Source: Longimicrobiales bacterium
GTDB taxonomy: Bacteria > Gemmatimonadota > Gemmatimonadetes > Longimicrobiales > Gaopeijiaceae
Direction: 5' to 3'
DNA length: 64,000 nucleotides
Assembly: GCA_041690395.1 (NCBI GenBank)
Contig: JAWLHJ010000001.1
Span: 288,001-352,000, forward strand
Positions 57,700 through 64,000 of the stretch are shown here, one piece after another. A program made the translations under genes and the position numbers. The notes under the pieces are model-generated. The model was not told the DNA's origin. It saw nothing but the letters and a program-made list of their open reading frames with translations, and did no database searches. Positions within the stretch are counted from its first letter, which is position 1. Each line of letters opens with the position of its first letter.

Positions 57700-58958
57700 G
57701 CCTTCGCAACGTGTGGGTCGTCATCCGGCGGGAGTACCTGCAGCGGGTCCGGTCGCGCTGGTTCGTCATCTCGACCATCGGCGGCCCGCTCTTCCTGTTC
57801 GCCGTGCTCGCCGTGCCGGCCCTGTTCGCGTCGGGCCGGTCGGAAGAGCGTCTTCCGCTCGCCGTGGTCGACGGCACGGACGCCCTCTACGAGCGGCTGG
57901 CCGACGACCTCGCCGCAGCCGGCTTCCCCTCCGAGCGCGTCCGCTGGACCAGCGCCGTCGTGGACACCCTCCGCCGCCGCGCCGCCGCAGGGGAGATCAG
58001 CGGCTTCGTCATGCTGGACCAGTTCACGCTCGAGTCCGGCGACGCGGTCCTCTACGTGAACCGGCGCCCGAGCGCGCTGCAGCGGGCCACCCTCCGTTCC
58101 GCGATCGTGCGCGCCGCCCTGGAGGTCCAGCTCGAGATCCAGGGAGTCGATGTCGAGGCGATGCTGAGCGGCGGCGGGCTCGACGTGGAGCTGTTGGTGG
58201 CGGAGGGGGCCCAGGAAGGAGAGCCGCGCTTCCTGGTCGCGTACATCGGCGCCTTCCTGCTCTACATGGTGATCCTGCTGCACGCGGTCGCGGTCATGCG
58301 GGCCACGCTGGAGGAAAAGACGAGCCGGATCGTGGAGGTCATCGTCTCGGCCATGGAGCCGTGGCACCTCATGCTCGGGAAGGTGCTCGGCGTGGGGGGC
58401 GTGGCGCTGACGCAGCTCATGGTGTGGGCGCTCACCGGAGCGCTGATCGTCTGGAGCGGGCTGCCGCTCCTCGTCACGGGAGGCGGCCCGGACGCGGTGA
58501 ACGCAGCTTCGACCCGGGAGCTGCTGTCGGTCATGCCCGGTCCCGGCCTGATCGCGCTCTTCATCGGCTACTTCGTCTTCGGCTTCTTCATCTACTCGGG
58601 GCTGTACGCCGCGGTCGGCGCCATGTGCAGCACCGACGAGGACGCGCAGCAGGCGCAGCTCCCGCTCGTGATGTTCCTCGTCGTCCCGATCGTGTTCGTG
58701 ATGCACGTCATCGAGAACCCGTCGGCTCCGTCGTCGGTCGGGCTGTCCCTGTTTCCGCTCTTCTCGCCGATCCTGATGTGGGCGCGCATCGCGGGCGGGT
58801 TCGTCCCGGCCTGGCAGATCGCGCTCTCGTTCGGGCTCATGGCCGGGGCGATCGTGGCCATCGCGTGGGTGGCCGGCCGTATCTACAAGGTCGGCATCCT
58901 GATGACGGGGAAGCGCCCGACGTTCAGGGAGCTGTGGAGGTGGGTGCGGGAGGCCTGA
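57696..58958 (+). CDS. ABC-2 transporter permease (NatB-like)
   Basis: RREY..RV, EEKTSRIVEV, LMLGKVLG and RIYKVGILM.GK motifs; ATGA overlap. Confidence 0.92.
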   Translation: MSLRNVWVVIRREYLQRVRSRWFVISTIGGPLFLFAVLAVPALFASGRSEERLPLAVVDGTDALYERLADDLAAAGFPSERVRWTSAVVDTLRRRAAAGEISGFVMLDQFTLESGDAVLYVNRRPSALQRATLRSAIVRAALEVQLEIQGVDVEAMLSGGGLDVELLVAEGAQEGEPRFLVAYIGAFLLYMVILLHAVAVMRATLEEKTSRIVEVIVSAMEPWHLMLGKVLGVGGVALTQLMVWALTGALIVWSGLPLLVTGGGPDAVNAASTRELLSVMPGPGLIALFIGYFVFGFFIYSGLYAAVGAMCSTDEDAQQAQLPLVMFLVVPIVFVMHVIENPSAPSSVGLSLFPLFSPILMWARIAGGFVPAWQIALSFGLMAGAIVAIAWVAGRIYKVGILMTGKRPTFRELWRWVREA

Positions 58959-58978
58959 CGCGCGGCGTCAGCCCCCGC

Positions 58979-60121
58979 TCACGGGTGGGCCGTCAGGTCC
59001 GCCGGGTGGCGGACGGGGATCCAGCGGGTGAGGGCGTCGGTGTTGGCGAACCGGAAGGTGACTTCGAGGCTGTCGCCCGTCGCGGGGGACGAGCGGAGCC
59101 CTTCGAGCATGGCGTGCAGTCCGCCCGGCTCGAGTCGGACGGTCTCGCCCGGCGGCAGCGGGATCACGTCGACGGGCTCCATGCGCATCATGCCGTCCTC
59201 GCTCACCATGCGGTGGAGCGAAGCGCTCCCGCCGCTCGGCGAGGCGACGCCGACCAGCGCGTCGGCGCGGGCACCCTCGTTCCGTAGCGTCGCGTAGAAC
59301 GCCAGCCGGTCCTGCCCGAGCGGGTCGAGCGCGAAGGCGTCTTCGACCTGCACGCCTCCGGTTCGGACCGGCCCGGCGGAGCTTCCGGCGTCACCGAGGG
59401 CCCGGGTGCCCCCGGCCTCCGCGTCGCTCCCGCCGGCCCGGGCGCCGCTCGCGCCGGCGCCGTTCCCGGAAGCGGTCGCGCCCGCTCCGCCCCACTCGAA
59501 GGCGACCAGCGCCCGCAGGTCCGCGGCGATCTCCTCGGGGGTGGCCTCGCCGTGGTCGTAGCCGAAGCGTCCGAGCAGCTCGGGCGTGAAGATGAACAGG
59601 TCCACCGGATGGGCGACCTCGTAGAAGCCCTCCTCCGGACGCTCCATGTCGGGAAAGACGAAGCCCATCCCCTCGACCGCCGCGTCGAGACGCTCCTGCG
59701 GGCCGGTCAGCCCGACGATGTCGGGGTGCAAGGCGCCCACCCAGTCACGCACCTGCTCCGGCGTGTCACGCTCGGCGTCGAGGCTGATGAAGACCGGAAG
59801 GACCCGCGCCCGCTCCTCGGGCTCGAGCAGCGCCAGGCTCCGCCCGACCCGCGCCATCGTGATGGGGCAGACGTCGGGGCAGCTCGTGTAGCCGAAGTAG
59901 AGCAGGGTCACCTTGCCGGCCGCGCGGGCGCGCAGCTCGAACGGCTCCCCGTTCTGATCGGTGAGCGTGACGGCCGGCAGGTCGTACGGCCGGAAGTACG
60001 GAGTGGCGACGAGACGCTCGGTCACTCCGGCGAGGCGGCTCCCCTCCTCGGCGGGCGCGCAGGCGCCGGCCAACAGCGTCCCCAGGAGGAGGGCCGCGGC
60101 GCGTGCGCCGCGCATGCTCAC
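58979..60121 (-). CDS. SCO1/SenC-PCuAC copper chaperone fusion lipoprotein
   Basis: Lipobox AGAC; SCO motif FGYTSCPDVCP...H; Gly/Ala linker; PCuAC motif LH.M....MMRM...PGGLHAML. Confidence 0.9.
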   Translation of the reverse strand: MSMRGARAAALLLGTLLAGACAPAEEGSRLAGVTERLVATPYFRPYDLPAVTLTDQNGEPFELRARAAGKVTLLYFGYTSCPDVCPITMARVGRSLALLEPEERARVLPVFISLDAERDTPEQVRDWVGALHPDIVGLTGPQERLDAAVEGMGFVFPDMERPEEGFYEVAHPVDLFIFTPELLGRFGYDHGEATPEEIAADLRALVAFEWGGAGATASGNGAGASGARAGGSDAEAGGTRALGDAGSSAGPVRTGGVQVEDAFALDPLGQDRLAFYATLRNEGARADALVGVASPSGGSASLHRMVSEDGMMRMEPVDVIPLPPGETVRLEPGGLHAMLEGLRSSPATGDSLEVTFRFANTDALTRWIPVRHPADLTAHP

Positions 60122-60420
60122 CCTTCCGCTTCCGGCAGCGCCGACCGGAGGAGTCCCTGGAGCTGCCGGGTGTCGAAGCTCCGGGCCTTGGCCACGGCTT
60201 CCTCGTAGCTGTCCTCGATGATGATCACGGTCGTGCGCACGGCCTCGTCGTCCGCCTCGTCGGCCGGGTCGAAGCGCAGCCGCCCCCGGTACGACGTGGG
60301 CCGGCGGGGATCGTCGTCGAACTCGAGGTACGCGTCCCAGATGCGCCCCTCGTGCGTGAGCGTCGCGACGTGGAGACCGGGCACGGAGCCCGAAGACGAT
60401 GCGTGAGGTCCGGAAGTCAT
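60118..60420 (-). CDS. hypothetical protein
   Basis: About 100 aa ending LLRSALP; overlaps the SCO start; TATCGT 6 nt upstream of ATG. Confidence 0.7.
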   Translation of the reverse strand: MTSGPHASSSGSVPGLHVATLTHEGRIWDAYLEFDDDPRRPTSYRGRLRFDPADEADDEAVRTTVIIIEDSYEEAVAKARSFDTRQLQGLLRSALPEAEG

Positions 60421-60421
60421 G

Positions 60422-62533
60422 TCAGGACGATACGCCTTCCGGGCGCTCTCGTACACCCGCCGACGCGGCGCCCACCAAGGCGTCGTCCGAAGCCGCCCCA
60501 CCCGCCGTGCGCCGCCCCTTCCTGAGCGCCGTCCGCGCCCGCGCCAGCGCGCCCTTGATCTCCCGGGCGTCGGACTCGTCGAAGCGCTCTCCGCCCCACC
60601 GGGACCGCAGGTACGTCTCCACTACCCGCTCGGCGGATTCCGCCGCGGACGGCTGGAGCGACCGGACCCGCAGCAGGAGGCCGGACGGCGTCACCCCGGG
60701 CGTGATCCCGAGCCCCGCGCGGTCGCAGGCGTGGCGCAGCGACAGGTAGGCCCGGGCGGCCGGCCCGTGCCGGGCCGCGTCCCTCCCGCGCCAGCGCCAC
60801 GCGGCGAGCCCGGCGCCGACCAGCGCGAGCAGCATCAGCAGCGCGGGCATCCGGGACTCGGGCTCGGAGGGCGCTGACCCGTCGGACGTCGTTCGCGGGT
60901 CGTCGGTGAGGAATCCCGACCAACGCGAAAGAAGGCCGGACTGGTCGTCCGACCCATAGTCGAGGACCCACTTGCTCCACCGGTGCTGGATGCCGTCGAA
61001 CAGGATCCGCCCCGGCCAGAACCAGATCGTCTGGGCGGTCACGCTCCCGTCGCCCGCGGGGGTCGGATCGAACGTGACCCACCCGTACTCCGGGAACCAG
61101 ACCTCGACCCACGAGTGCGCCTCGTTCTGGGTGACCACGAGGTAGTTGCCGAACTGACTCCACTGCCCGCCCATGAAGCCGTTCACGTTGCGCGCTTCGA
61201 TCCCGGCGGCCCGGAGCAGCACGACCATCGCCGTGCTGAAGTACTCGCAGTGGCCTTCCTGCCGCTCGAACAGGAAATACTCGAGCGACGTCTGGGCGGC
61301 GGTCGCGGGGAGCTCGCGCGTATATCCGAAGCTCCGGAGGTATCGTTCGATGGCGACCGCCCGGTCGTAGCGCGTGTCGAGCCCTTCGGTGAGCGAGTCC
61401 GCCAGTGCCTGGATCCGGGGATCGATGGCCGGGAGCTGGAGGAAGTACCGGTCGGACGGTGTGAACCCGCGCTCGGCCGCTCGCAGCGTCTCCGGCGACG
61501 GAGGCAGCGCCGGTGACTCGGCGGTGTACGTCGGGGCTCCCGAGCCCCAGTAGATGAAGTCTCCCGCGTTGTCCACGAGCGGCTGGACTCCGCTCTCCGC
61601 GTCGATGCGGATGGCGGGATGGAGCGCGAACAGCACCCGGCTGTCGAGGGGCGCACCGAAGATGCGTTGCTCGATCACCGGGCCCTGCCAACGCTCGCGA
61701 TACCAGTCGCGTGGCGCCGACGCGGGGGGCAGGGAGCGCGACCGGGTCCAGCGGACTCCGTCGAAGCGGTCGTAGGAGCGCCCGCGCCAGCGGAGGCTCC
61801 CCACGTCGCCCGGCGGGCCCGAGGGAAACTCCACACGCAGCACGATCTCGGGGTTGCCCTGGATGGTCGCGCCGTGCTGGCCGATCGAGACCTCCTCGCT
61901 GAAGCCGGCGATCGACGAGGCGACGGTGTCACCACGACCCGAGAAGCCCTGCGACACCCGCGGGAAGGTGAGGAACACCAACCCCGCCACCAGAAGGACA
62001 ACGCCCGACAGCCCCGCCGTCGTCCACATGAGACCCCTGCCGAGCGGTACCTCGCGGACACCGTGCCGCTCGGCGCCGCGCCTGAGGTGGCCCACCATGA
62101 GCGCCACCGTGGCGAGCGCCACGTACGCCACGAAGCCGATCAGGAAGAGAACGCCCGGGCGGTACGCCGTCGACGCGAGCACCAGCGCGAACGACAAGGC
62201 GTAGAGGCGGAGGTCGTTGGGCGCCTCGAGGGCCCGCAGCGCTTCGGCCACCATCAGCAGCAGCAGGAGATCCACGACGGGGATCACGACGTCGCCGCGG
62301 ATGACGAAGACGTGGACGAGCGCCCTCAGCACGAGGAGCGTCGCGAGCGGCAGCCAGAGCCGCTCGAGCCGGCGCGACCGCTCGAGGTCGGGGTGCCAGA
62401 AGAGGCCGGCGAGGAGTCCGGCGAAGGCCAGGGCGGCGGTGAGCGGCTCGAAGCCGGCCCCGCCAGAGAAGGCCAGGAGCCCGGCCAGCCCCATGAGGAC
62501 CGCGAGCCGCCGGTGCAGCAGACGCAGATTCAT
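60422..62533 (-). CDS. TgpA-like membrane transglutaminase (DUF3488 + Transglut_core + DUF4129)
   Basis: N-terminal TM helices; FPR; catalytic triad GHCEYF, AHSWVE and FDPTP. Confidence 0.9.
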   Translation of the reverse strand: MNLRLLHRRLAVLMGLAGLLAFSGGAGFEPLTAALAFAGLLAGLFWHPDLERSRRLERLWLPLATLLVLRALVHVFVIRGDVVIPVVDLLLLLMVAEALRALEAPNDLRLYALSFALVLASTAYRPGVLFLIGFVAYVALATVALMVGHLRRGAERHGVREVPLGRGLMWTTAGLSGVVLLVAGLVFLTFPRVSQGFSGRGDTVASSIAGFSEEVSIGQHGATIQGNPEIVLRVEFPSGPPGDVGSLRWRGRSYDRFDGVRWTRSRSLPPASAPRDWYRERWQGPVIEQRIFGAPLDSRVLFALHPAIRIDAESGVQPLVDNAGDFIYWGSGAPTYTAESPALPPSPETLRAAERGFTPSDRYFLQLPAIDPRIQALADSLTEGLDTRYDRAVAIERYLRSFGYTRELPATAAQTSLEYFLFERQEGHCEYFSTAMVVLLRAAGIEARNVNGFMGGQWSQFGNYLVVTQNEAHSWVEVWFPEYGWVTFDPTPAGDGSVTAQTIWFWPGRILFDGIQHRWSKWVLDYGSDDQSGLLSRWSGFLTDDPRTTSDGSAPSEPESRMPALLMLLALVGAGLAAWRWRGRDAARHGPAARAYLSLRHACDRAGLGITPGVTPSGLLLRVRSLQPSAAESAERVVETYLRSRWGGERFDESDAREIKGALARARTALRKGRRTAGGAASDDALVGAASAGVRERPEGVSS

Positions 62534-63636
62534 GCCGCGACCTCCGCACCGGGCTCGGCTCCGACCGCCTTCAGCCTGGCCCGCGCCGCGGCCTCCGCGT
62601 CCTCGGCGGTCACCAGGAGCGTGTCGGAGAAGCCCTCGGCGCCGACGAGGGTCACGAGCACGCACGACCTGGGAGCGACCGGTGGAGCGGGTGCCGCGCA
62701 CGCCGGGTCGAACTCGACCCTCGCGAGGAGGTCGAGCGCCCGCTCCAGCGTGCCGATGTCGTCGCCGGGCGTCACGACGCCCTCCGGGGTGGCGAGCCCG
62801 AAGGGCCGGTGCTCCGCCACGCAGCCGGCCGCCAGCGAAGCGGCGATCTCCACTGCGCGCTCGGCCGCGTCGCCTTCGACGCCGCGCGTGTCCAGGCAGA
62901 TCCAGCGGGTCTCGGAGGCGCCCTGCTCGTACTCGCGCACCACCGGCCGCCGCAGCCGCGCCGACGATTTCCAGTGGATGTCGCGCGGGTCGTCCCCACG
63001 CCGGTAGGTGCGGAGGCTCCGGTATTCACCCCGCCAGCCCAACGAGCCGCGTGGAGACCGGCCGCTCCGGGGAAGGCGCCCCGCGCCCGGTGCCGGGTCG
63101 CGCACGGCCAGGTCGTGCCGTGGCCAGACCACGACCTCGCCCGGAAGCTCCACGTCGCGCTCCTTGCGGAAGAGCCCGAACGGGAAAGAGGTCCCGAGGG
63201 TGAGCGTTCCGAGCGGGTACACGCCCCGCCGGACGAAGCCGTTGGAGGAGCGGGCCGTCGCTCGCCCGCCGGCGGGGACGTGCGAGACGAATGCGGGCTC
63301 GGCGAGGCCGGTCTCGGAGAGCTCCACGGCGAGGCTCGGGAGATACCGTTTCCGGTTCCGGACGTGGTACGTCAGGAGGAGGTCCCGCCCGACCGTCACG
63401 GCCCGCGGGATCTGCCGCTCGACGTGGAGATCCCGGATCGCCTGCTCGGAGAGCCAGCCGCTGACGGCGATGAAGCCCAGCATGGCACCGAGCAGAAGGT
63501 ACAGGAGGTTGTTACCGGTGTTGAGCGCGGCGAAGCCGACCGCGGTGGTGCCGATGGTGAAGGCCACGCCGCCGGCCGTGAAGCGGATGCGGCGCCACGC
63601 GCGGATCCGCCGCACGACGTCGCGCACCCACGTCAT
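62530..63636 (-). CDS. DUF58 domain protein
   Basis: AALNTGNNLLY, TSFPFGLF and LR.YRRGDDPRDIHWKSSAR motifs. Confidence 0.92.
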   Translation of the reverse strand: MTWVRDVVRRIRAWRRIRFTAGGVAFTIGTTAVGFAALNTGNNLLYLLLGAMLGFIAVSGWLSEQAIRDLHVERQIPRAVTVGRDLLLTYHVRNRKRYLPSLAVELSETGLAEPAFVSHVPAGGRATARSSNGFVRRGVYPLGTLTLGTSFPFGLFRKERDVELPGEVVVWPRHDLAVRDPAPGAGRLPRSGRSPRGSLGWRGEYRSLRTYRRGDDPRDIHWKSSARLRRPVVREYEQGASETRWICLDTRGVEGDAAERAVEIAASLAAGCVAEHRPFGLATPEGVVTPGDDIGTLERALDLLARVEFDPACAAPAPPVAPRSCVLVTLVGAEGFSDTLLVTAEDAEAAARARLKAVGAEPGAEVAA

Positions 63637-64000
63637 CACACCGGTACCTCGACCTCGTCCATGATCCCCTCGAGCACGCGGGCCGCCTCGTCGTGGCCAT
63701 CCGGCGTGCCGACCGATCCGCCCGCCGGCATGACCCGGTGGGCGAGGCAAGGCACCACCAGATCGCGGACGTCGCTGGGAATGAGGTACGTGCGCCCGTG
63801 CGTGAGCGCGTACGCGCGGGCCGCTCGGTGGAGCGCGATGCCGCCACGCGGGCTCACGCCCATGCGCAGGCGTGACGACGTGCGGGTGCGCTGGACGATT
63901 TCCATGAGGTCGTCGAGGATGTCGGGCGCGACCTTCACTTCGTCGATCCGCTTCTGGAGCTGGAGCACCTGGTCCGGCGACAGGACGGCGCGCAGGCGGT
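63636..64000 (-). CDS. moxR: MoxR-family AAA+ ATPase (3' part; 5' end outside the window)
   Basis: GVSPRG...ARAYA...GR.Y..PSDV...LAHRV...VEVPV C-terminus; canonical moxR-DUF58-TGase order. Confidence 0.88.
   Translation of the reverse strand, partial: RLRAVLSPDQVLQLQKRIDEVKVAPDILDDLMEIVQRTRTSSRLRMGVSPRGGIALHRAARAYALTHGRTYLIPSDVRDLVVPCLAHRVMPAGGSVGTPDGHDEAARVLEGIMDEVEVPV

Noticed and set aside
1..64000. CRISPR array, prophage, IS or genomic island
   Set aside because: No regularly spaced repeats, no integrase, transposase or phage genes, and no evident compositional shift by eye.

Overview
High-GC, gene-dense bacterial chromosome segment with about 50 CDS. I found no rRNA, tRNA, CRISPR array, integrase or transposase. 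The gene repertoire (several DUF5916 outer-membrane proteins, many exported lipoprotein enzymes, a beta-propeller lipoprotein) suggests Gemmatimonadota, but that is an inference. Contents in order: TRAP/TAXI transporter; two convergent DUF5916 genes; an OmpR-type two-component system; a class V PLP enzyme; an 8-gene heme-copper oxidase cluster; a VWA protein; mutY; an SLC13 permease; an EEP lipoprotein with a STAND-LuxR regulator; an AAA+ ATPase; ETF-QO; several hydrolases; lon; selD; a SirB1-like and a YgfZ-like gene; a peroxiredoxin-like gene; ypdA; an orphan luxE-luxC pair; an ABC-2 transporter; a SCO-PCuAC fusion; and moxR-DUF58-transglutaminase. Highlights: (1) The A1-type oxidase subunit I keeps the D-channel and active site, but the polar K-channel residues S299/T359/K362/S365 are all replaced and new intramembrane acidic residues appear. 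(2) Two genes split by the ORF caller are probable selenoproteins (SelD UxxK/UAC; peroxiredoxin-like UPYC), each with a SECIS-like hairpin. (3) Three candidate operator motifs are visible, two of them matching neighbouring regulators. (4) A ~410-bp structured inverted-repeat element. (5) A recurring leaderless-promoter pattern. All family calls come from motif recognition by eye; no database searches were run.
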